Shown in pieces: positions 55,460 to 62,438 of a DNA stretch of 64,000 nucleotides (positions are counted from its first letter, which is position 1; each line of letters starts with the position of its first letter). Under the pieces are notes generated by a model. The model did not search any database, had not been told where the DNA came from, and saw only the letters and a program-made list of their open reading frames with translations. The stretch lies in the NCBI GenBank assembly GCA_947589325.1, contig CANQAM010000003.1, positions 16,959 to 80,958 on the forward strand, given 5' to 3'. The DNA comes from an uncultured Bacteroidales bacterium. Its GTDB lineage: Bacteria > Bacteroidota > Bacteroidia > Bacteroidales > UBA11471. The translations under genes were made by a program, and so were the position numbers.

Positions 55460-55625
55460 ATTCTCGTTTAACGACTGTAAAGATAAGAATTTTTCCATTC
55501 TCTGCCAAATCGTTCCGTGCCGGCAGGCGGAAAATCCGGCGGCTTACGCTTTTCGCGGAGGGCTTGGCGGTGAAAATCGTGTTTATTTTTTTCGGGGAAG
55601 CGTTTGCAGGAATAAAAAAAATAGC

Positions 55626-55633
55626 TACTTTTG
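55626..55633 (+). promoter_or_regulatory. -7 promoter motif TACTTTTG upstream of the SRP RNA
   Basis: Exact TAnnTTTG match a few nt upstream of the predicted SRP RNA 5' end. Confidence 0.45.
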
Positions 55634-55635
55634 CG

Positions 55636-55736
55636 GCGGGTAAGTCCTACACGGCCAGCTCCCTGTCAATCCCCCAGGGCTTGACCGCAGCAAGGGCAGC
55701 AGGTCGTAGCGGCGCGATGTAGATCGCTTACCCTCT
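55636..55736 (+). ncRNA. ffs: Signal recognition particle RNA (small bacterial SRP / 4.5S-like)
   Basis: ccagggcttgaccgcagcaagggcag...gatgtagatcgc parallels E. coli 4.5S CCAGGUCAGGUCCGGAAGGAAGCAGCCAAGGCAG...GGAUGUAGCUGGC. Terminal helix gggtaag (55638-44) pairs with cttaccc (55727-33). The ends are approximate. Confidence 0.65.
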
Positions 55737-55737
55737 T

Positions 55738-55810
55738 GCCGATATAGCTCAGTTGGTAGAGCAACGGTTTTGTAAACCGTCGGTCGTGGGTTCGAGTCCC
55801 TCTATCGGCT
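55738..55810 (+). tRNA. tRNA-Thr (anticodon UGU)
   Basis: Acceptor gccgata/tatcggc, D arm gctc-agttggta-gagc, anticodon arm acggt-ttTGTaa-accgt, T arm gtggg-ttcgagt-ccctc (one U-U mismatch). Confidence 0.85.
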
Positions 55811-55820
55811 CTCAGAGAAA

Positions 55821-55848
55821 AGCCTCGTATTCAAACGAATACGAGGCT
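55821..55848 (+). terminator. Terminator hairpin after tRNA-Thr
   Basis: agcctcgtattc-aaac-gaatacgaggct, a perfect 12-bp stem, followed by gtttattt. Confidence 0.7.
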
Positions 55849-55874
55849 GTTTATTTATAAGGAATAATCTCTCG

Positions 55875-56912
55875 TTATTGAAGGGGCACCGTTTGCAGGT
55901 TGCGGACGATGGGGTAGCCTTGGTCGGGGGCGTTGGTCTGGCGCGGCACGCGCGATACGCGCAGATTTGTTTCATATAGGAGCGCCTGTTCCGTGCCGGG
56001 CTCGATGACGCTCAACAGATTTTCATACCCGTCGAGCACTTCGCCCTGCGCGTTTTTGAATCGGGCGGGCAGACCGTCGGTCAGCAGCTTTTTCTGGTCG
56101 AACTGTATGGAGCTTGTGAGAGCCGAGTAGCCGAATGCCTCGTCGCGGCTCGTGCCGGTATCGGCTTTGCTGCCGGCGGCATTCGTGAGCGACACTTGTA
56201 CGGGGTGGCGCATCACTATGGCGGAGGCTTCGCGGATAAATTCGCGGGAGGCGGGATTGTATTCGAGCGTGATGAGCATGTCGATGTCGCCGATGTTGGC
56301 AAGACGGCGCACGGTATAATTCACGTCGTCCGAAATCAAATCGACGCACACCAGCGGCAGGAAGTTGCCGTAGCGGGTGCGGAATACGAACAGCGTATCG
56401 GCGGGCGTCATGCCCATGCCTTTGAGAATGGACGACTCGAATATGGAGGGGCGCAGTTTGTATCCGTTATATACGGTGTCGGGGAAGATGACGACCGAGC
56501 GCCCGTGCCGCTCGTTGTCGTAGAATGTGCCCGCGAGGATTATCGCCTCATGTTCGGCGGCATAGCGGCGGAGGCGTTTCAGCAGCCGGCTGCGCTCTTT
56601 TTTCTCCATTGCCATCGACAGCTCCGGAAAGACCAGTATCTGCGAACCGTTCAGCTCGGCGGTCGCCAGACATTTTTCGATTTTCTCCGCATGAGCTTTG
56701 GCGTCGGCGATGACAGGCAGCTGCGTTCCCTTATCGACGATGTAGGGAATATCTATTTGGAATTGGGCGATGCGCACGAACGGCACCCGCTCGCCTCCGA
56801 GCCGGTCGATGTATTTCACCTCCGGCAGTTGAGCCGCTGCCGAAAAGACGGCACACACGATTGCCCCTAAAAATATCGCGAAAGTTTTGTGTCGGCAACA
56901 AATGTTTTTCAT
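55875..56912 (-). CDS. Carbon-nitrogen hydrolase (nitrilase superfamily) protein with N-terminal signal peptide
   Basis: Signal-like MKNICCRHKTFAIFLGAIVCAVFSAAAQ. Candidate E-K-C triad contexts ILVFPELS, YNGYKLRPS, FLPLVCVDLI. Start trimmed to MKNICC. Confidence 0.7.
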   Translation of the reverse strand: MKNICCRHKTFAIFLGAIVCAVFSAAAQLPEVKYIDRLGGERVPFVRIAQFQIDIPYIVDKGTQLPVIADAKAHAEKIEKCLATAELNGSQILVFPELSMAMEKKERSRLLKRLRRYAAEHEAIILAGTFYDNERHGRSVVIFPDTVYNGYKLRPSIFESSILKGMGMTPADTLFVFRTRYGNFLPLVCVDLISDDVNYTVRRLANIGDIDMLITLEYNPASREFIREASAIVMRHPVQVSLTNAAGSKADTGTSRDEAFGYSALTSSIQFDQKKLLTDGLPARFKNAQGEVLDGYENLLSVIEPGTEQALLYETNLRVSRVPRQTNAPDQGYPIVRNLQTVPLQ

Positions 56913-56939
56913 GACTGTTTCAGAATGAATTGACAGGTG

Positions 56940-56947
56940 CAAAAGTA
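56940..56947 (-). promoter_or_regulatory. -7 promoter motif (TACTTTTG on minus strand) upstream of the CN-hydrolase gene
   Basis: Plus-strand caaaagta, 28 nt upstream of ATG 56912. Confidence 0.4.
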
Positions 56948-57017
56948 GTTTTTTCTTTCGTATCGTTTTCTTAAAAAACACAAAAAAACGCCGGCTTTTG
57001 CCGACGTTTTTGTTTCG

Positions 57018-57090
57018 TGACCCCGGAGGGGCTCGAACCCTCGACCCAATGATTAAGAGTCATTTGCTCTACCAGCTGAGCTACGGAGTC
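57018..57090 (-). tRNA. tRNA-Lys (anticodon CUU)
   Basis: Reverse complement folds as gactccg-ta-gctc-agctggta-gagc-a-aatga-ctCTTaa-tcatt-gggtc-gaggg-ttcgagc-ccctc-cggggtc-a. Confidence 0.9.
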
Positions 57091-57104
57091 ATTTTTTTCG
57101 GGGA

Positions 57105-57112
57105 CAAAAGTA
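57105..57112 (-). promoter_or_regulatory. -7 promoter motif (TACTTTTG on minus strand) upstream of tRNA-Lys
   Basis: Plus-strand caaaagta, 15 nt upstream of the tRNA 5' end. Confidence 0.45.
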
Positions 57113-57250
57113 ATGCTTTTTACCGAACCCGCAAAAATTATTCTTTCTTTTTTCGTTTGAAAATTTTTTTGAATCGTCCGTCGAAGCGGATATTGATGTC
57201 CGTTGTAAAAAAAATCTCGATTTTTGTATTGATATATTCAAATCAATAAT

Positions 57251-57258
57251 TACCTTTG
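57251..57258 (+). promoter_or_regulatory. -7 promoter motif TACCTTTG upstream of tRNA-Pro
   Basis: Exact TAnnTTTG match 18 nt upstream of the tRNA 5' end. Confidence 0.45.
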
Positions 57259-57275
57259 CAGTCGCAAAAGCCAAT

Positions 57276-57348
57276 CGGGGTGTAGCACAGTTGGCAGCGC
57301 GCCACGTTCGGGACGTGGAGGTCGGAAGTTCGAGTCTTCTCACCCCGA
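57276..57348 (+). tRNA. tRNA-Pro (anticodon CGG)
   Basis: Acceptor cggggtg/caccccg, anticodon arm ccacg-ttCGGga-cgtgg, T arm ggaag-ttcgagt-cttct. One A-C mismatch in the D stem. Confidence 0.85.
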
Positions 57349-57352
57349 CAGA

Positions 57353-57385
57353 AAATCCGCTCGATTCATCGGGCGGATTTTTTTG
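57353..57385 (+). terminator. Rho-independent terminator after tRNA-Pro
   Basis: aaatccgc..tcgattcatc..gggcggattt hairpin followed by ttttttt. Confidence 0.7.
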
Positions 57386-57428
57386 TTTTCTGTCCCGTGC
57401 GGTCGTGGGCAGCGGTTGGTCTTGTAGG

Positions 57429-57468
57429 TAAAAAAATCGGAAGCCGGCTTATGCAAGCCGGCTTCCGA
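57429..57468 (-). terminator. Rho-independent terminator after tRNA-Arg (minus strand)
   Basis: atcggaagccggctt-atgc-aagccggcttccgat, a 15-bp stem abutting the tRNA 3' end, then a T-run on the minus strand (plus aaaaaaa). Confidence 0.8.
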
Positions 57469-57545
57469 TGGTGACCCCGACGGGATTCAAACCCATAACC
57501 TTCTGATCCGTAGTCAGATGCTCTATTCAGTTAAGCTACGGGGCC
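57469..57545 (-). tRNA. tRNA-Arg (anticodon ACG), CCA encoded
   Basis: Reverse complement: ggccccg-ta-gctt-aactgaata-gagc-a-tctga-ctACGga-tcaga-aggtt-atggg-tttgaat-cccgt-cggggtc-a-cca. Confidence 0.9.
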
Positions 57546-57558
57546 GTTTTTCCGACGG

Positions 57559-57566
57559 CAAAGATA
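57559..57566 (-). promoter_or_regulatory. -7 promoter motif (TATCTTTG on minus strand) upstream of tRNA-Arg
   Basis: Plus-strand caaagata, 14 nt upstream of the tRNA 5' end. Confidence 0.45.
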
Positions 57567-57682
57567 CGAATAATTTTCTTCCTGCAACAAATTCGGCGGA
57601 TTTTTTTCGAGAAAAATTTATGGTGCGAAAATTCCTGCAAAAAATAACGGGCGGTAAATTTGTGGGAGAAAAAGATTTGTCG

Positions 57683-57690
57683 TACCTTTG
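57683..57690 (+). promoter_or_regulatory. -7 promoter motif TACCTTTG upstream of rpsP
   Basis: Exact TAnnTTTG match 39 nt upstream of ATG 57729. Confidence 0.45.
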
Positions 57691-57728
57691 CGCCGCTAAT
57701 GCAAAATATTCACTAAACAAAATTTCAA

Positions 57729-58319
57729 ATGGCAACAAAAATCAGATTACAAAGACACGGCCGCAAAGGCTATGCGTTCTATCACATTGTAATCGCCGAT
57801 AGCAGGGCGCCACGTGATGGCAAGTTTATTGAAAGGGTAGGTTCTTATAATCCGAACACTAATCCTGCTACAATAAATTTGGATTTCGAAAGGGCTTTGT
57901 ATTGGCTGCAAGTCGGTGCGCAACCTACCGATACCGTTCGCAACATTCTTTCGACGCAAGGCGTGCTGTTGAAGAAACACCTGCTTGGCGGTGTGAAAAA
58001 AGGTGCATTCTCGCTCGAAGAGGCAGAAAAACGTTTCAATGCGTGGCTGACGCAGAAACAATCGGCTGTCGAAGCCGTAAAGGCAAAAGTGAAAGATGCC
58101 AAAGCCGCTGACGCCAAGAAACGTCTTGAAGCAGAGAAAGAGGTTAATAAAAACATCGCAGAGGCTGTCGCCAAGAAGAAAGCCGAGAAAGCTGCCGCCG
58201 AGGCTGCCGCTGCTGCCGAAAAAGCCGCAGAAGCTGCACCCGCCGAAGAGGCTCCCGCTGCTGAGGCTGCTCCCGAAGCTCCTGCCGCAGAAGCTCCCGC
58301 AGAGCAAAGTGCCGAATAA
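57729..58319 (+). CDS. rpsP: 30S ribosomal protein S16 with long Ala/Glu/Lys-rich C-terminal extension
   Basis: [42 protein letters not shown] is the canonical S16 core. It is followed by a ~100-aa low-complexity tail ([23 protein letters not shown]...). Confidence 0.92.
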   Translation: MATKIRLQRHGRKGYAFYHIVIADSRAPRDGKFIERVGSYNPNTNPATINLDFERALYWLQVGAQPTDTVRNILSTQGVLLKKHLLGGVKKGAFSLEEAEKRFNAWLTQKQSAVEAVKAKVKDAKAADAKKRLEAEKEVNKNIAEAVAKKKAEKAAAEAAAAAEKAAEAAPAEEAPAAEAAPEAPAAEAPAEQSAE

Positions 58320-58340
58320 GAAGTTATCCGCACAACATAT

Positions 58341-58380
58341 AAGCGCAACGACCTGCGGTCGTTGCGCTTTTGTTTTTTTT
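58341..58380 (+). terminator. Rho-independent terminator after rpsP
   Basis: aagcgcaacgacc-tgc-ggtcgttgcgctt followed by ttgtttttttt. A second hairpin cgaaatgccg...cggcatttcg follows at ~58389-58418. Confidence 0.8.
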
Positions 58381-58456
58381 CGTTGCCGCGAAATGCCGAC
58401 ACGCTGCGGCATTTCGTTTTTCGGTTTCCCGTGTACCGGTGTCGGAGAGAGGGGGG

Positions 58457-59089
58457 TTATAAGGAATCGTCTTTTTTCCGGCGGGCGGACGTTTTGCCGG
58501 GCGCCGTTTCGCTCGCCACGCGCGAGGGGTGTTGGTTGATAAAATCTTTCCAACTCGTATAAGCCTTTTCGAGGTGCGGGCGGTTGGTCTGGTAGAAGTG
58601 GCACAGCGCGGCGGCAAGCCCGTCGGTGGCGTCGAGCTGCGGCAGCATGTTTTCTTCGGGAATGTGCAGAATGCGGCGCAGCATATCCGCCACCTGTTCT
58701 TTGGCGGCGTTGCCGTTTCCCGTAATCGCCATTTTTATTTTCAGCGGAGCATACTCGTGAATGGGAATGTCGCGATAGAGTGCGGCGGCCATGGCGATGC
58801 CCTGTGCCCGTCCGAGTTTCAGCATCGACTGTACATTTTTTCCGAAAAAGGGTGCTTCGATAGCCAGTTCGTCGGGGTGGTACTGTTCGATAAGCCCCAA
58901 CACCCGCTCGAAGATGCGGCGCAGTTTCATGTAGTGGTCGCCCATTTTCCCGAGTTGCAGCACGCCCATCGTTATCAGTTGGGGCGTATTGCCCACGATG
59001 CGCAGCAGTCCGTAGCCCATGATGGTCGTACCCGGGTCGATGCCCAGAATGATGCGTTCTTGTGTGGCGGGTGTGGCGGGTGTGCGCAT
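58457..59089 (-). CDS. ruvC: Crossover junction endodeoxyribonuclease RuvC
   Basis: [16 protein letters not shown] (catalytic Asp), [15 protein letters not shown], and the C-terminal acidic catalytic region [13 protein letters not shown]. Confidence 0.9.
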   Translation of the reverse strand: MRTPATPATQERIILGIDPGTTIMGYGLLRIVGNTPQLITMGVLQLGKMGDHYMKLRRIFERVLGLIEQYHPDELAIEAPFFGKNVQSMLKLGRAQGIAMAAALYRDIPIHEYAPLKIKMAITGNGNAAKEQVADMLRRILHIPEENMLPQLDATDGLAAALCHFYQTNRPHLEKAYTSWKDFINQHPSRVASETAPGKTSARRKKDDSL

Positions 59090-59090
59090 A

Positions 59091-59396
59091 TCAATTCAGA
59101 ATTTCGAGCAGGGTATTGAATCCGATGACGCGGTCGCCGAATTTCTCGCGCATTGTCCGGTCGAGGTCGGCGCCCTGCTTTTCGTGCCACGATTCGAGGC
59201 TCGCACGGTCGGCAACGTGGAATTGCAGCGACAGGCTCTCGCCGTCGGTCGCTTCGCCGGCGATGACGCGGCACAGCTGCGGTCGGCTCAGCGTTTCACC
59301 CGCTGCGGCGGCAGGAATGTACACGCGGCGCAACCATTCCGTAAACAGCTTTTTTACAGAATTTTCCACGTGGTAGGTCGTGTTGAATATATACAT
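59091..59396 (-). CDS. Small conserved protein (DUF4286-like), function unknown
   Basis: 101 aa, immediately upstream of and co-oriented with ruvC (1-nt gap). The family name is from memory. Confidence 0.6.
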   Translation of the reverse strand: MYIFNTTYHVENSVKKLFTEWLRRVYIPAAAAGETLSRPQLCRVIAGEATDGESLSLQFHVADRASLESWHEKQGADLDRTMREKFGDRVIGFNTLLEILN

Positions 59397-59418
59397 CGGA
59401 AAAGCAGTTAATCGACGA

Positions 59419-59426
59419 CAAAGATA
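59419..59426 (-). promoter_or_regulatory. -7 promoter motif (TATCTTTG on minus strand) upstream of the DUF4286-like/ruvC pair
   Basis: Plus-strand caaagata, 23 nt upstream of ATG 59396. Confidence 0.4.
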
Positions 59427-59468
59427 AAAAAAAGTTCGCTCTTTATTGCAGGGTTTTGAAAAACGCCG

Positions 59469-59476
59469 TATCTTTG
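59469..59476 (+). promoter_or_regulatory. -7 promoter motif TATCTTTG upstream of tRNA-Ala
   Basis: Exact TAnnTTTG match 12 nt upstream of the tRNA 5' end. Duplicated at 61575-61582. Confidence 0.5.
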
Positions 59477-59487
59477 TCGCGCAACAA

Positions 59488-59561
59488 GGGGTATTAGCTC
59501 ATCTGGCTAGAGCGCGACACTGGCAGTGTCGAGGTGAGGAGTTCGAGTCTCCTATACTCCA
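59488..59561 (+). tRNA. tRNA-Ala (anticodon GGC)
   Basis: ggggtat-ta-gctc-atctggcta-gagc-g-cgaca-ctGGCag-tgtcg-aggtg-aggag-ttcgagt-ctcct-atactcc-a. The G3-U70 identity pair is present. Confidence 0.9.
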
Positions 59562-60229
59562 CACAGGCGGCTTTTGAAGCGATTCGGAAGCCGCTTTCCT
59601 TTTTTATGCCGGTTCAGTTGCTGCCTAACCGGTGTCGCTTGGAGAAATATTAAATTTGCAGCAGAAAAACAGATCGATGTCAGTTGGGTGTAGTGACATG
59701 AATACCGGGAGGAAAACAGGCGATTGAGAAAGATTGCAGACAAATATCAAGTGACTTTGACTATATTCGGAACTGGCCTTAACTGTCAAAGCATATGAGA
59801 AGTTGATAGAAATAGTTGGCGTAGATTCGGTGTTGATACTTTTTAATGAAGAAGTAGAAGCCGTCAAAAAGGCATATAGAACCAATGCAAACAAATCAAG
59901 CAAGAATAAAACTCCGTACAATTTTAAAGTTTTTACAGAAAACATCTCTACCAACATAGACTATCGACATTATGAGAAGGTTCTCCAATAACGAGAAAAA
60001 AGTGCCCAAAATGAAATGGACAATGTAACCCTAACATGGTATGATTAGCTGATTCAAACAGAATACAGATTGTCCGCAATCATGGTTATATTCAAAAATT
60101 CTATGTTTTTTCGGGGGATTATATTATTTTTTTGTTCTTTTATTTGTGTAAATAAAAGTTATTTGTAAATTTACAGTGATAATATTTTCTAATCATAAAA
60201 AAACTTGGGCTATATTAAGGTTGGCTTCT

Positions 60230-61450
60230 ATGAAAAAAATAGGAATAATTTTATTACTTTCTGTCTTCTCTGCATCGTGCAATGCTGATGATACGCCAGA
60301 AAACAACATGAATTTGAATGGAATTACAATAGAAAACTTTCCTGTAATTGATGGTTCAGATTCTACAGAGCCATTAAGACGAATATTGATGTGTAAACTC
60401 TTAGGTTTTGATTATGAATGGACAAAAGATAATCCTTTTTTGCAAGATCCCAATGATGGCCCCAAAAACATTAAAATACATTTTACATGTACAAAAGAAC
60501 AAGAAGATCATCTACAATTAGAATGTTTGCAGCATAACAATACCCATCAGTCTTTTATAAACCTAATTGATGATGAAGTCGAACTGATAATGACTGCAAG
60601 AAGCATTTCACGAGACGAAAAAGCTTATGCAGAAGAACAAGGTGTAACACTTATTGAGAAACCTATAGCCAAGGATGCCTTGACTTTCATAGTCAATCCC
60701 AATAATCCAATTAATAGTCTTACAATACAGCAGATACAATATATATATACAGGCAAAATTGTCAATTGGAATGAAGTGGGAGGCAGAGATACTCTTATCA
60801 CTCCTTATGTGCGTAATAGGAATTCAGGCAGTCAAGAGAAGTTTGAGACAATGGTCATGGCAGGGTTGACTATAAAGGAGTTCCCTGAAATGCAGATAGG
60901 AACAACGATGATGACTCCCTATTATCAAATTGAAAATGATGAAACAGGAATTGCTTTCACTCCTTTTTATTATTACAATGTCATGGTTGACACAGAAAGC
61001 ACAAAAGCTATTGGCGTAAACGGGGCGGCAATGACAAAAACAAATATAATGAATGAAACATATCCTTATATTACCGATGTATATGCTGCTGTGCGTTCCG
61101 ATATTGACAAATCATCAATAGCATATAAGGTTTTCGACTTCTTGACCACCACAGAAGGACAAGATATTGTAGAAGAAAGTGGTTATGTACCACTGACATT
61201 CAATACGTCAGGAGTCAGAAAAACAGGAGTAACAGAAGCACGAGTCTCATATGTTAACGGTTTTTTGTATGTGCAGTCATCTGTACATCCGACTCATATA
61301 AAGATAATAAGTTTGGATGGAAAAATTGTTTTACAGAAAAATATAAATAATAACAGTATGCCTTTACATAATATAAGGAATGATTCTTATATTGTAAAAG
61401 TAGCCTTTGCCGATGGAACAGAATGTACATCAAAAATATACATAAAATAG
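60230..61450 (+). CDS. PstS-like periplasmic-binding-protein (PBP type 2) domain protein with lipoprotein-type signal and T9SS C-terminal sorting domain-like tail
   Basis: MKKIGIILLLSVFSASC signal/lipobox. PBP-like blocks (VIDGSDSTEPLRRIL, RNRNSGSQEKFE, AFTPFYYY). The last ~70 aa (VSYVNGFLYVQSS..IKIISLDGKIVLQKNI...NDSYIVKVAFADGTECTSKIYIK) fit the T9SS CTD pattern. ~30% GC by spot counts. Start trimmed to ATG 60230. Confidence 0.75.
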   Translation: MKKIGIILLLSVFSASCNADDTPENNMNLNGITIENFPVIDGSDSTEPLRRILMCKLLGFDYEWTKDNPFLQDPNDGPKNIKIHFTCTKEQEDHLQLECLQHNNTHQSFINLIDDEVELIMTARSISRDEKAYAEEQGVTLIEKPIAKDALTFIVNPNNPINSLTIQQIQYIYTGKIVNWNEVGGRDTLITPYVRNRNSGSQEKFETMVMAGLTIKEFPEMQIGTTMMTPYYQIENDETGIAFTPFYYYNVMVDTESTKAIGVNGAAMTKTNIMNETYPYITDVYAAVRSDIDKSSIAYKVFDFLTTTEGQDIVEESGYVPLTFNTSGVRKTGVTEARVSYVNGFLYVQSSVHPTHIKIISLDGKIVLQKNINNNSMPLHNIRNDSYIVKVAFADGTECTSKIYIK

Positions 61451-61474
61451 AACGAGTAAAGTTCCTTTTATAAT

Positions 61475-61509
61475 AAATGACTGAGTTATGGTAGTTAACT
61501 CAGTCATTT
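61475..61509 (+). terminator. Strong hairpin after the PstS-like gene
   Basis: Perfect 14-bp stem aaatgactgagtta/taactcagtcattt with a 7-nt loop. Only a weak T-run follows. Confidence 0.55.
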
Positions 61510-61593
61510 AACATATAATAGGTATAATGATAAAACTTTAGCCTAGCACTATTTTTTGTAAATGAAAAACGCCATATCTTTGTCGCACAACAA

Positions 61594-61665
61594 GGGGTAT
61601 TAGCTCATCTGGATAGCGCGACACTGGCAGTGTCGAGGTGAGGAGTTCGAGTTTCCTATACTCCA
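61594..61665 (+). pseudogene. Degenerate second copy of tRNA-Ala(GGC), 2 nt shorter in the D arm
   Basis: Identical to 59488-59561 except that ctggctagagcgcg becomes ctggatagcgcg (loses the D-stem gctc/gagc pairing) and the T stem ctcct becomes ttcct (G-U). The anticodon arm and acceptor are intact. Confidence 0.6.
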
Positions 61666-61754
61666 CCCAAGCGGCTTTTGAAGCGATTCGGAAGCTACTT
61701 TCTTTTTTATGATTCAGTTGCTGCCTAACCGATTGCCGGGTGAAAAATGTATAT

Positions 61755-61762
61755 TAAATTTG
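61755..61762 (+). promoter_or_regulatory. -7 promoter motif TAAATTTG upstream of maa (a second copy is at 59651-59658)
   Basis: Exact TAnnTTTG match 23 nt upstream of ATG 61785. Confidence 0.45.
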
Positions 61763-61784
61763 CAGCAGAAAAAACAGATCGATT

Positions 61785-62348
61785 ATGACAGAACAGGAAT
61801 TTTTTGAATACGCATCGGCGGGCAATCCGATAGTCGCCGGTTCGGAAGCGCATCAGGCGATGCACCGCATGAGCCAGAATGCGTTGCACATGACCACCGA
61901 GATAAACGGCGCCTACCACGCGCCGGACGAATTGCGCCGGCTTATGGAGCAGCTTACCGGCAAGTCGCTCGACAGCAGCTTCGGGCTCTTCCCGCCCTTC
62001 TATACCGACTGTGGGAAAGGCACCACGATAGGCAAACGCACCTTTATAAATATGGGCTGTACCTTTCAGGATTGGGGCGGCATTACCATTGGCGACGACT
62101 GCCTGATAGGGCATCACTGCACTATCTGCACCGTCAATCACGACAAAAATCCGGAGGCGCGCGGCAACATGGTCTGCCGCCCCGTTGCAATAGGCAGCAA
62201 GGTGTGGATTGGCGCCAACGTAACCATTCTTCCGGGCGTAACCATCGGCGACGGTGCCATTGTCGGGGCGGGTGCCGTAGTAACGAAATCCGTTCCTGCG
62301 GGCAGCATCGCCGCCGGAATCCCCGCCAAGATAATCGGTAAAATCTGA
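61785..62348 (+). CDS. maa: Sugar O-acetyltransferase (maltose/galactoside acetyltransferase-like, left-handed beta-helix)
   Basis: N-terminal Mac domain-like helix region, hexapeptide repeats ([33 protein letters not shown]...[31 protein letters not shown]). Confidence 0.88.
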   Translation: MTEQEFFEYASAGNPIVAGSEAHQAMHRMSQNALHMTTEINGAYHAPDELRRLMEQLTGKSLDSSFGLFPPFYTDCGKGTTIGKRTFINMGCTFQDWGGITIGDDCLIGHHCTICTVNHDKNPEARGNMVCRPVAIGSKVWIGANVTILPGVTIGDGAIVGAGAVVTKSVPAGSIAAGIPAKIIGKI

Positions 62349-62438
62349 AATAAAATGTCGATACTCTCCTTGTTTATGGTTGCCATGATGACGGTTACAT
62401 CATATTCCTTTGTATGAAAACCGGATAACCTTTTGACC

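Larger units (their letters stand above)
59457..59678. repeat. Direct repeat copy A (~222 bp): tRNA-Ala promoter, tRNA-Ala, its terminator and the downstream maa promoter region
   Basis: Aligns by eye with 61563-61783 at roughly 90% identity, from tgaaaaacgcc to cagatcgat. Confidence 0.85.
61563..61783. repeat. Direct repeat copy B (~221 bp) of the tRNA-Ala locus, abutting the maa start codon
   Basis: Aligns with 59457-59678. Contains the promoter motif copy (61575-61582), the degenerate tRNA copy, a degraded terminator stem and the TAAATTTG motif (61755-61762). Confidence 0.85.

Noticed and set aside
54960-55508. N-terminal 183 codons of the track ORF 54228..55508 (minus)
   Set aside because: This Arg/Pro/Ala-rich stretch overlaps, out of frame, the clearly real LMW-PTP gene. 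The downstream protein begins at MYKRLK with a signal peptide (54959).
57747-58604. Long minus-strand ORFs (285 aa and 185 aa) opposite rpsP
   Set aside because: They are generated by the GC-rich Ala/Glu/Lys codon repeats of the S16 tail. The translations are low-complexity Ser/Gly/Phe/Ala.
59625-59991. Small ORFs in the island (110 aa on the minus strand; 62 aa on the plus strand)
   Set aside because: They are low-complexity AT-rich translations, have no ATG-initiated conserved-looking frame, and overlap each other. The evidence is insufficient to call genes.
59457-61783. Calling the tRNA-Ala-flanked AT-rich segment an integrative mobile element
   Set aside because: I could find no integrase, transposase, terminal inverted repeats or short att-type repeat. 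The flanking repeat is the entire tRNA locus. It is reported as a repeat-bounded insertion, not annotated as a mobile_element.
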